A DNA stretch of 64,000 nucleotides from NCBI GenBank assembly GCA_016748015.1, contig JAAOMT010000563.1, positions 372,001 to 436,000 on the forward strand, in the 5' to 3' direction. The notes beneath the pieces were generated by a model, which saw only the letters and a program-made list of their open reading frames with translations, searched no databases and was not told where the DNA came from. Source of the stretch: Geosiphon pyriformis uo1 (taxonomy: Eukaryota > Fungi > Glomeromycota). A program made the position numbers and the translations under genes. Below are positions 1 to 11,199 of this stretch, piece by piece; within the stretch, counting starts at the first letter, position 1; every line of letters begins with the position of its first letter.

Positions 1-2671
1 TTTAGATAGCCAATCATTACCAATGAGTGCTTGGTATTGGGTGGCTTTCATAACTAATACTTTGATTGGTACAATAATGCCGTTGACTTCTATAAGAAAG
101 TCATCAATCTCACCAATGAGAATTTTGGTTGCTCATAATTCTGACACTGGCAGCACAATTAACTTAGTGACCTAATTGATCCATAAATTGCTTTGTAATA
201 ATGCTGTCAGTTGATCCACTATCTAGGATCAGTTTGATGAAATGGCCATTGACTTTGGCATCAGTGTACATAATGGTAATGGGTTTTTTCTCGAATGTGG
301 CTCTACTGAATAATGGTGTTTGTGACAGTTCCTCAAATTCAAATGAAAATATTGCTACTAGTAATTCATCATTGGTAATGATGGCTAGAGGTATGTTGTT
401 GGTAAGTGATTGTTTTTGGTTGGTTTTTGGATTATTGGGTGGGACATCTTCTGGGGTAATCAGGAGACTTAAATAGTTCTGGGAATTCGGATTTTGGGCA
501 TACCTGGTGCCTGAATTCCATGGTTGAGATCTTGATAGTTGTGCCGTGGAACTGGGATCAGTTGATGGACTACCATCAATGATCTCCAGCTTTGCTGTGT
601 TAATCTTGGTCTTTGAATTCTGTTTTAAGGTAAGTTTTGTGGTGGTATTTGATGTTATTGGGACAGATAATTTACTTGAGACTGTAGCTGATAATTGGAT
701 TGGGACTATGGTTAATAAATTGTTGCTGGAAGCTAATAGACTGGAGGTGAGTATAATTGCTGTGTCATTGGTGTTTGATATATTGGCTGCATCATAGGTA
801 GGTAATTTTGTTGATATAGAGCTGGATTTGATTGATTACTGACATAATTCTGAGTTTGTAGTTGGTGATCAGAGTTTTGATACTGATTAACTGATTTCTG
901 ATCACTTATCTTTTTTCGACATTCAAATTGCAAATGTTCTTGTCTACCACAATAGTGGCAAATATGTATTTCCTGCTGCCACTGTTGATTGGTCAAGGAT
1001 GTTGGACACGACTGATTCTGAAAACAATCCGTGTTTCTGGAATTATTGTGTTGTTGTGGTGGTTGATATATTGTGTGATTGTCAGCTAAGTATCCTTCCA
1101 ATTTCTGATTAATTGAATTACTGAATTGTTTCAATTTGGAATCCAATTCAGATGATCCATTCATGACCAGGTTTACAGCTTGAGCATGATTGGCTTCTAG
1201 TTCAGCTACTTCGAAATCTCGTACATTGGTAACTGCATCCTGGAGAGTTTGTGGGTGCATTGGGCGTATGCGTTGAAGGATGTTACTGTGCAACTCACGA
1301 ATAAACTGGTTTAGAATTTGTGGTGCTGTAAAATAGTCAGCTTGGATTACTTGAATTTGGCGTAGATTCTTGTGAAACCATTCCAAGTAAGTGGTAACTG
1401 CTTCAGTTTCCCCTTGTTTGATTGTGATGAAGGTGTTGGCTAACTTGTTGATGCTATTATTGTTATTAAAATACCTCAAGAATTCAGTTTTGAATTTGTT
1501 AAAATTTTGGGGTTGGATGGTAAGGCTTTGGTACCATGCATTGGTGGTGTCCTAAAGAAAGTAGGAAATTGCTTGCATGATTCTAGCATTGTCTTAGTTA
1601 TTGGCTGTAATTGTTTTAGCTATATTATTCAGCCAGACTTGGGCATTATCTTCTTCACTGGTGAATTTATTGAGCTTTACGATTGGTGCGTATGTCATTT
1701 GTTGTTGTTGTTGTAGTACAGGCAGCTGATGAATTTGTTGAAGCGGTTGTTGGGGTGGCTGTCATATGGATTTGGCTAGTGGCTGATTAATGATAATTCC
1801 AGAAGATAAGTTTTGTTGATTAATTAAGTCGGGATTTTAGTCGTTCTGATTTGGCTGTGTTTGAAAATTTGGAGTTTTAATTTCCGGATTTTCTAAATTT
1901 AGATTTTGCTAAGTCTGGAAATTTGGGGGTTTTAATGTTTGGGTTCTTTGGAATTGGGTTCTGGTAAGTAAATTCTTGATTTTCAGATTCTTCTTTCTTT
2001 TCTTCTTGTTCTTTTTCCAATTCCATTACTTCTCAGAGACTCACGGTTCCGAAATCTAGTTGGGGTGGTAGAGATTGAAGTCCTGATAGCATTGGCAATT
2101 GGGACTTAAATCCTTCAAAATACGTGCTGTATGGTCCTAAAAGATCTTCTTTCTTTTGTTTACTTTGAAATAGAAATTATCCAAAGATTGATGTTGCATG
2201 TAATGTGGATGTGCCTATTAATATAATGTTGATGATGCTTCCAGATGTATAGTGATATAATGGATTTGTTGGTAATTCAACTTTAGTTTTCTTTCAAGTG
2301 GATGGTTGTATTTGTTTTGGTGTCACTGCTGGTGTTTGTAATTTTCTTTTGCCTTTACTAGCATAAGTGATTGGGTATTTTTGTTGTGTATAATATTCAA
2401 TTTCTTTATTAATCTCAGTAATGATAGATGCAAAATTATAATTTGTTGGTAGACTAGTGTTTTAGATTAATTTGTGGTAAAAAGTTTCTCTTGCTGATTC
2501 AATGTTTACTGGTGTTTCTAACAAATATGCAATTCTTTTGTTGATGTAGAAATTAAAGGCTAATTCCACTAATATATGATTTTGGTTTAATCTTAAGTGT
2601 TAACAGTAGTATTGAAATAAGAATTTTGCAAATTCTAAATGGTTTGCTCCTATACTTTCTGATTCTGCCAC
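1..2671 (-). pseudogene. Decayed gag-protease of Gypsy A copy 1
   Basis: ORF 733-1479 has a retrotransposon capsid region (TIKQGETEAVTTYLE) and a zinc knuckle. Flanking Q/P-rich frame is broken by TAA/TAG stops, and the protease motif lies near the window start. Confidence 0.85.
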
Positions 2672-2715
2672 TTTTAAAATGAGTGTAGTTGGTGCTGGTT
2701 CTCTGTAGAATTATA

Positions 2716-2732
2716 CCTCACAGAGAGCACCA
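2716..2732 (-). promoter_or_regulatory. Primer-binding site TGGTGCTCTCTGTGAGG
   Basis: Starts 2 nt inside the LTR end with TGG and is complementary to a tRNA 3' end ...CCUCACAGAGAGCACCA. Confidence 0.85.
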
Positions 2733-2734
2733 AA

Positions 2735-3577
2735 TGTTACAGATAATTATTTGGGGTCTTAAGTCAAATAACAAATCTGTAACTTGATGCTGGGTTGGTA
2801 TTTTGGTGTTGATATCTGAAGATTTTGTTGTGGAGTCTTTTGTATAATGGACAGAGATTCAAGTGTTGTCTTTTTCATAGCCTTCCAGAATTGCAATTCT
2901 GTCAAATTTCTTTCTTAGCATGGTGGCTGGTAATCTTGGCAAAGATGTTCTTCTGGTAAACTATCCTTAAATTCTCAATTCCTATATCCTTCCTTTGGAG
3001 TCTTTTACCAGGCTATCCTTAACATCAATAACTCAGCACTTAATTTTTAATCAGTTTAGTAAAATCAACAAAATGACAAAACAAAAAAAATAAAAGAAAA
3101 AAATAAATAAATAAATAAAAGCAATTACAAGTTAATATCCCATCAATAGCCATGATCAAAAGCTATTGTTCTTATGTGGTTAAGTATCACTTACTATCAA
3201 CATAAAGTGTTGATAGTGGAGAGTAGATTTAAGATGGTGAATAATTATTTATTGATATTTGTGAATGGAAGGTTGCTTAGATCAAATCTAAACTGAAAGA
3301 TCTGTTTTTTCTTATTTTAATGCTACTGCTATATATACATAATTTGGGTTTTACGAAATCACTCACATTCCCAAGCAATGTGCTATAATTTCTCAAGCAA
3401 TGCTTATATTGCTAAGTAATGTGCTATATTTTCTTGATATTACTTCACATTGCTAAGCGATGTGCTGTGATTTCTGACATTGCTCCACATTGCTAAGCAA
3501 TATGCTCATGTGCTAACTACTATTCTCCTATTGGTCTCCTATTTTTCTATATCTGTTTTCTTTTTTTATAAGTAACA
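2735..3577 (-). repeat. 5' LTR of Gypsy A copy 1 (843 bp)
   Basis: TG...CA ends with a 6-bp inverted terminus. Homologous to 9942-10833 (inverted) and 14480-15375 (same orientation). Confidence 0.93.
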
Positions 3578-6500
3578 CCACAGTCTCAAGTAATCTATCA
3601 GCCTCAACAAATTCAAACACCACCACAAAACTTATCTCAAAATGGAACCCAAAGGCCGAGATTGACCCAACAAAGCTGGAAATCATCAATGGTAGTTCAC
3701 CAACTGATTCTCAGTTCTTCTACACAACTAGCAAGATCTTGACAATGGAATTCAAGCACCGAGTATGTCCAAAACCTGAATTTCCAGAACTATTTAAGTC
3801 TTCTGGTTATTACAGAAGACCTCCAACCCAATAATCCAGAGACCAACCAACAACCAACACTTACCAGCAATATTCTACCAGCTACTATTACCGAGAACAA
3901 ATCACTGGATGCCATCTTCCCATTTAAACTCGAAGAACTATCAACCACGCCATTATTTAGTGAAGCTGCTTTGGAAAAAAAACCTATTACAATTATGTAT
4001 ACTGATGCCAAAGTTGATGGCCATTCCATCAAACTAATCCTAGACAGTAGATTAGCTGGCAGCATTATTATAAAACAACTTATGGATCAATTAGGTCATC
4101 GAGTTGATTGCGCTGCCAGCACCAGGATCATAACTGCCAATGGAGCAACAAAAACTTCCATTGGTGAGATCAACAACTTTCCCATCAAAATCAACAGTAT
4201 CATGGTCTCAATTAAAGTACTGGTTATGGAAGCCACCCAATACCAAGCACTTATTGGAAATGATTGGCTATTTAAAACCAACGCGTTGTTTGATTGGAAT
4301 ATGCAGAAGCTTCAAATTAGCCAGAACAGCCAACACACACACATACCAGCCACGTGTGGCCATTTCAAGACCATTAACTTGACAACCCCACTTATTGAAT
4401 TCGAGAAAAAGGAGAAAAAACCTACCTGGGAAGCCTACTAAGTTTCCTGGGCCAACACCAAACACAACAAGCTGCTGCCAGTATCTTCATGAAATGACAA
4501 CAGCAAAAAAAAGCAGAGTGAAAAACTTACCTGGAAAGCTGACCAAGTCTGGGAAACCAACAACAACCAGGAAAAACAAATAAATTGAAAATGGAAAAAA
4601 GACAAAAAGAGAAAAGGAAAGGAGAAAGAAGAAGAACCAACAACTGACAGCAACTCCACTTATAATTCTTACACTACATCTCACCAATCCATTTATCACT
4701 GCCCAAAACTGATATGCATCGATTGCAGCAAGAAATTGTTGTCAATGGGCACTTGTTGTGGTGACAATGAGAAGTACACTTTGGCAACAAAATTCTATTG
4801 CCACTCATACATCATTGAACACTTTGGAAGGCCAAAACAGGTTGGGAAATAGGACAATGAATCATGCTTGGCTTGTGGAGAAACTTTTCTAGACAAAGGA
4901 ATGTGGAACAACATTCCTGGACAAAGAAAAACGTGCAATGAATTGTGTCAATACATGATTCTCATAAGCAACTGAGTGAGGAAAAGAATGCTCATAGACA
5001 CTGTCTGAAAACGAGCTGTCAAACATCTGGATGGATGTCCACACAATGATAACAAAATCTGGCAAATGGCACTTGCCAAAATTGAAGGAGTGACACCAGA
5101 AGAGATAAAAACAATTAAAAATAACCCATCTAAACCTATAGAACTTGACTAAGACCCAGAACCAGTCATAAATCTCCTAGATCTAGAACAATTCCACAAA
5201 CATTATCAAGAGCTAGCACCTACAAAAAAAAAGCAGAAGCAATGCTTGGAAGAAATCAACACTCAACTATGTAACTACTGTTTGATTCCATGTGACTTTC
5301 AATATTGTAATGGGTGTAACCTCATTTACAATTCACCACTACACATGATCTACACAATCCTAGAGGAAAAAAAACCAATTAGCAATTGTGCATCAGAATC
5401 AGAATCAATTTTCAATCCCGATTTAAACTTTGACAATAATGATGATGAAAATAATGGTTCCAGTTTTACTCAAAATGGCAATGAAAATATCAGCAATTCA
5501 GATTCTGATTCAAATCCCAAAATATATATTGTGTTTCCTGATCTATCTAAGGAGCAGGAACTCAAATAGTATAATGATAATAATAAAAATATCATATTAG
5601 TATGCACACATAATACTGATGCAGGATTTGATCTGAGATATCCGGAAAAAGAAGTCATCAAATTGGAACCAAATTTGTGCACATGTATTGATCTCAAAAT
5701 AGCTCTGGAAATTCCAGCAACAATCATGATTCAATTAACATCTAGGAGTAGCCTAGCAAAAAAAGGAATCAACATCAAAGGAGGAATAATTAATGCAGAG
5801 TATGTAAGAAATATCATTGCTATACTACAAAATAATTCTGAAAAGACTTATATCATAGAGCCAAATAAAAAGATAGCACAAGCAATATTTCTACCTTTGG
5901 TAAAAATAGCTCAATTAGTGTCAATGAAAAACAGGGAAGAATTAGGAATTATTGCTAAAGGGATACAGGAATTTGAATTAACAGGTAGAATAGACATACC
6001 AGTTAATATGGTAGAAAAAGAAGTTATTGACAAAGGAAAAATTATCTCAATCTGTCAATCAATTTTCATTTCACCATATGACCAGTATATGTTACTTATA
6101 AAAAAAGAAGTAAAAAAATCAGGCTCAGTTGTTTGAAGCAGAAGCCACTATTTGTGAATCAGGGAAGATTGGACTCACTAATCTTTACATATCAGCCAAA
6201 AGCCCCAAAAACATCAAAATTCCTATCTACAACACAACTGAAAGTGTCATTGAAATACCAAAGAGAACTATTATTGGATATTTGACCACTGAAGTTGAGG
6301 ATCAACCACCAAATCACATTCCAGATTTTCAACAGCTTTGCAGATATGTGGACATTACATCACAAACCATTTATGAACAAAGTAAATGTTATTTGCTTCA
6401 ACCAGAACAATTGGAACAGATGAACATGGGAAATCTAGATCCACTTCAATGGATGCAACTCAAGATGTTACTCAACAATTTCAATGACATCTTTGCTAGC

Positions 6501-9227
6501 AAAAATGAATTTGGCTGAACCAACATTATCTAGCATCAGATCAAGACTGGAGATGCAATGCCAATTAAACAAAGAGCATACAGAGTACCACCAGTTAGCC
6601 ATGAGATTATTTGTCAAGAAATCAACCAGATGCTTGACAACAGGCTAATTCAGCTATCAATGAGTCTATGATCATTACCAATAGTACTAGTCCATAAGAA
6701 GAATAAAAAAATCCATTTTTGTGTAGACTACCGAAAATTGAATGGAGTAACAAAAAGTGATAGCTATCCAACTTTAAAGATCCAAGAACTATTTGATGCT
6801 TTTGAAAGAAATAAATGGTTCTCAACACTGGACTTAGATAGTGGTTACTGGCAAGTAACCATAGATCCAGCCGACAAAAAAAAAACAGCATTTACCACAA
6901 GAAAAGAAAATTTTGAGTTTGAAGTCATGCCATTTGGCTTGATGAATGCTTCAGCAACATTCTAACAGCTCATAGAAATTGTTTATACTGGATTACTATG
7001 AAAATCAGTAGTTATATACTTGAATGATACCAATGTGTTCTCAAAAACATTCAATAATCATTTGCATCATCTTCAACAAGTATTTGAAAAGTTAAGAAAA
7101 GCTGGATTGAAACTAAATGCAACCAAATGTTTCTTTAGAAAAACTGAACTCAAGTTTTTGGGACATGTGGTGAGCAAAGACAGAATCAAAACAGATCCAA
7201 ACAAGATTGAAGTAGTTAAGAACTTTCCAATACCAGCCAACTTGCCAGAACTAAGAGCATTTTTGGGATTCGCAGGCTACTATTGCCACTTCATTAAGGA
7301 CTTTTCTAAACTAGCTCAGCCACTTTATCATCTACAAACCAAGAATATAAAATATGAATGGACTAAAGTTCAACAAGAAGCATTTGACACATTGAGAAGA
7401 AAGCTTATCCAAGCTTCAGTATTGATGTATCCAGATCACAACAAACCATTCATTATTACTACTGATACATTAGGTCAAGCATTGGGAGCAGTACTATCAC
7501 AGAAAAAACCTGATAGAAGAAAGCATTCAGTAGCTTATGCCAGTAGAAGTTTAAGTTCAGCTGAAAAGAACTATGGAACTCCAGTACTGGAACACTTAGC
7601 AATCTATTGGGCTGTCATCAAATGGAGAGAATACTTAAGCCAAAAGTTTGAAATATATACAGATCACAAAAGATTGACTTCAATTCAGAAACAAAAATTT
7701 GCAGACAATCACCATGCCAGATGGAAAATAGAACTTTTACTATTCAATTATACAGTACATTATAAAAAGAGAAAAGACAATGGAAATACCAACAGATTGT
7801 TGTGAATGAAACAAATCTAAAAACATTTCAACCCAAAAATATAACAAAAGATGAACACACAAAAATACCAACAACTCCAGTATTATATAAATACTCAATT
7901 GTTCAAGAAGAAATTATCTCAAAAAGAACAAAACAACATAAAACAGCAATTAAAATATTTTATCAATCATCAAAATATACTTTACTGGAAAAACAGAAGA
8001 AATCCAGACCAACCAACCAGAGTAATTACAGAATTAAAAAAAGAAACAATATTGTTTAATATGCACTCAGACCCAACAGTAGAATATTTTTATAAAGAAG
8101 CAACCATAGAAAGAACCAGAAAAAGATATTATTGGCCATCAATGTATCCAGATATTATCCAATATGTTCAAAGTTGTGATGCTTGTTAAAAAAAAAGTGG
8201 AACAAAACTCAGTGAACCATTAAGACCAATCAAAGTAAGACAACTATTTGATTGCATTGGAATTGACTTAGTTGGACCATTAACAATCACTAGTAGAGGC
8301 AACAAATATATTGCAGTAGCTATGAATTATCTTACAAAATGGCCAAAAGCAAAAGTCATTCAAAGAGCAGATGCAGAATTCATTGCCGAATTCATCCATC
8401 AAGATTTGATATGTTAACACAGATGTCCAAAAGAACTACTATCAGATCAAGGAACTTATTTTGTGAATAAAACATTAATAGAATTAAGTCAGAGATTTGA
8501 GATAAAAAGACCATTATCATTATCATATCATTTACAAACCAATAAACTAGTTGAAAGATTCAATAGAACATTGTGTGAAACAATTGCCAAAATCAGTCAA
8601 AAAAACCAAGATGAATGGAATTTGTTTATACTATCAGTATTATTTGCTTATTGAACAATGAGACAAGATACTACACAAACAACACTATTTGAATTAGTAT
8701 ATGGTAAAACAACAACATTACCAGTTGAGATAGAGGTCAACACATATCCAACTGAACTAATAACAGAAGCTAATTTCTAAGAAACATTGTTAAGAAGAAC
8801 ATATGACCTAATAGAAACATTAAAAAACAGATGATAAAAAGCAGCTGATAACATTTAAAAGTCTCAAGAAAAGCAAAAAAAATGACATGATAACCAATTA
8901 TCAGATAAACCAGTTGAATTCAAGATTGGAGACAAAGTACTTTTACATCATACCAAAGCGGAAAAACAATGGAGTAGAAAATTTGACCCCAAATAAAACA
9001 GACCATTTTACATAGAAGAAATTCTTGGAAATAAAGCTTATAAATTAAGATGGGACAACAAAAGCTTAACCAAAGCAGCACATGGTAATCGACTGAAACC
9101 ATATTACCAAATAGCATTATCATCCACCAATAACATTCCACAATTGGGAGTACAACAAATACTAGTTCAACCAAAGAAGATTCCACGAAATCTGGAACCA
9201 ATCATAATCATTGGACCAAACATGTAA
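3578..9227 (+). pseudogene. Gag-pol polyprotein remnant with multiple premature stops
   Basis: PR (LILDS). RT (FCVDYRKLN, TLDLDSGYWQ, MPFGLMNA, YLND for YLDD). RH (ITTDTLGQALGAVL, YTDH). INT (HSDPT..YYWP..CDAC, IGIDLVGP, SDQGT, VERFNRTL). The Gag Q/P-rich frame is continuous with the PR frame in this copy. Confidence 0.93.
5590..5990 (+). pseudogene. Trimeric dUTPase domain within pol, between PR and RT
   Basis: Motifs in order: DAGFDLRY (I), SRSSLA (II), GGIINAEY (III, decayed), KIAQAIF (IV), KGIQEFELTG (V, decayed RGxxGFGSTG). Confidence 0.88.
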
Positions 9228-9291
9228 AATTAAACAATAAAAGAGTATATAAAAACACAGTATACGTGACAAAAGCAACCAAGAAAAAAAA

Positions 9292-9927
9292 ATGGAAATA
9301 CCAGATCATATTCACACTATAGCTCAACAACTGTTTCAGGCCTTAAGTCAACAACAGTTAGACATGGAAACTATCATTAACAACCAAACAATTTGCTATC
9401 GAAACACTAAAAGAAAGACAAAAAACACACCATATTAGTGGATACCAAAGAATGATAAAAACTGGTCAGATAAAATAATAGAAAAAGTAAAGAACACTTT
9501 TGGGAAAATACCTATTATGGCATTAACAGAAGAACTTACAAAAGAGAATTGGAAGCAATGAACAGAACAACTTTCAATATCATACTGTTACTACCAGTTA
9601 GATCAAAAGTTGAATATTCAAAAGTTGTATATCGACAAATTTAAGAGGATATTTAACCAAAACATAATACAGCAAATTGAAGAATTTATTGGGAAAAAAA
9701 TGAACTCAACACTACATGTGAGAACAATTTACTAACTGCACAATATATTTCAGAACTATCCAAAAATACTATTACACTCTGATATAGAAACCATAACCAT
9801 TAACCAATGGGGAAGAATGAACAATATACAAGTAGAAGACGTAAAAAATAAAGTCAAACAAACAATACTAGAAAAAAAAGTATTAGAGCTAATTCAGAAT
9901 GAAGATTTCGACAGAGCTCAATATTAA
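9292..9927 (+). pseudogene. Extra ORF3 (about 211 aa, unknown function) between integrase and PPT
   Basis: ATG at 9292 in an A-rich context. One frame runs to TAA 9927 with three internal stops, each explicable as C-to-T decay (MEIPDHIHTIAQQLFQALSQ...NEDFDRAQY). Confidence 0.7.
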
Positions 9928-9941
9928 AAAGGAAGAGATAA

Positions 9942-10833
9942 TATTACTCATAAAAAGAAAAACAGATATAGAAAAAATAGTAGACCAATAAGTGAATAGT
10001 ATGTAGTATGTGAGCACATTGCTCAGCAATGTAGAGCAATGATAAAAATCACAGCACATTGCTTAGTAATGTGGAGCAATGTCAAAAAACATGGCACATT
10101 GCTTAGCAGTGTAGAATGATGTTAGAAAATTAGGGCACATTGCTTAAAAAATTATAGCACATTGCTCGAGAATGTGAATGATCTCATAGAACATCAATTA
10201 TGTATATATAGCAGTAGTATTAGAAGTAGAAAGAGCAGAATCCTTCCATTAGAGACATCTCAGTTTAAATTTGATCTAAGCAACCTTCTATTCACAAATA
10301 TCAATAAATAATTATTTACTATCTCAATCCACTCTTTATTATCAACACTTTATGTTGATAGTAACTGAAACTTGACTACACTGAAACAATAGCTCTTGAT
10401 CATGGCTATTGACGGAATACTAACATGTATATTGCCTTGGCTTATTTCTTTATTTTCTTTTATTTTATTTTTTTTTTGATTTTTACTGTCATATACTAAC
10501 TGATTAAGAATTAAAGTGCTGAATAATTGACATCATGGATAGTCTGGTAAAAGACCCAGAAATAAGGGTAAAATTATATATATATTAACGGATAGCTTAC
10601 CAGAAAGACATGACTGCCAGAATAAACTGGCCATCAAGCTGAAGACAGAAATTGAGAACATAACTTACCAACTAACTACATTGTCATTAAATTTCTGTTT
10701 ATTATACAAAGGACTTAACTCTAAAACTTTCAGATACAACCAACATACTAGTATCACCAACATTGTCAAGATATTGAGCATCAAGTTATGGATTTGTTAT
10801 TTGATTTGAGACCCCAAATAATCATCTATAACA
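9942..10833 (+). repeat. 3' LTR of Gypsy A copy 2 (892 bp)
   Basis: Preceded by PPT AAAAAGGAAGAGA. Termini TATTAC...TATAACA are mutated TGTTAC...TGTAACA. Inverted homolog of 2735-3577. Confidence 0.92.
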
Positions 10834-11177
10834 GTAGGCTGTCAAACCTTCTCTCTTAAGTGAGAACACTGTTGAGCATGTTATAGCTTTGTAGCAGATG
10901 TCGGGTGCTGAAGTTAGGAGTAGTGTTGAATCTACTAGATTATTTCTTAGTGAGTTTATTTTTGATTCTAGAAATCTGAATGATGTTATTGAAAAAATTC
11001 GTGGGTTGGGATTATTCCCACCTCCTATTGTTTTAACTTAGTTAGTGCCTTGACTGATTCAGGTGGTTTATCACATGTAAAAAATATGTGATTCATGTCT
11101 AATTTGTAATTTCTTAGTAACACATAGTATTAAATAGTGTTTGAACACACTTTGTTAAAATGTAAAAAAAAAAAAAA
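10834..11177 (+). mobile_element. 3' end of a poly(A)-tailed non-LTR-type element that hosts the Gypsy insertion
   Basis: ORF C-terminus (...FLSEFIFDSRNLNDVIEKIRGLGLFPPPIVLT*), then a UTR with GGTGGTTTATCACATGT resembling the LINE 3' UTRs, then A14. Confidence 0.55.
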
Positions 11178-11199
11178 TTTGATTTGTACAGAACACAAA

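Larger units (their letters stand above)
1..3577 (-). mobile_element. Ty3/Gypsy LTR retrotransposon family A, copy 1 (5' LTR, PBS, gag, protease; runs off the window start), inserted inside copy 2
   Basis: LTR 2735-3577 has TGTTAC...GTAACA termini and a PBS. The minus-strand gag has a CCHC knuckle (CHYCGRQEHLQFEC) and protease LILDSGS lies near 200-240. Bases 1-685 are the reverse complement homolog of about 3580-4270. Confidence 0.93.
3578..10833 (+). mobile_element. Ty3/Gypsy family A copy 2 (3' part: gag C-term, pol, ORF3, PPT, 3' LTR)
   Basis: PR-RT-RH-INT order, purine tract at about 9926-9939, and LTR at 9942-10833. Confidence 0.95.

Noticed and set aside
201-797. Plus-strand ORFs, and similar antisense ORFs at 3790-4699, 5470-5727 and 48515-49033
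   Set aside because: Antisense shadows of gag-pol or KNL2 coding sequence.
3780-3835. Possible programmed gag/pol frameshift
   Set aside because: The Q/P-rich Gag frame is continuous with protease in copy 2, and the shift in copy 1 is explained by a 1-nt deletion.
9292-9927. ORF3 as a true envelope gene
   Set aside because: Too short, with no signal peptide or transmembrane segment.
10014-10180. Palindromic repeats with spacers, superficially CRISPR-like
   Set aside because: They lie inside eukaryotic LTRs, the spacers are related to each other, the repeats are degenerate, and there are no cas genes.
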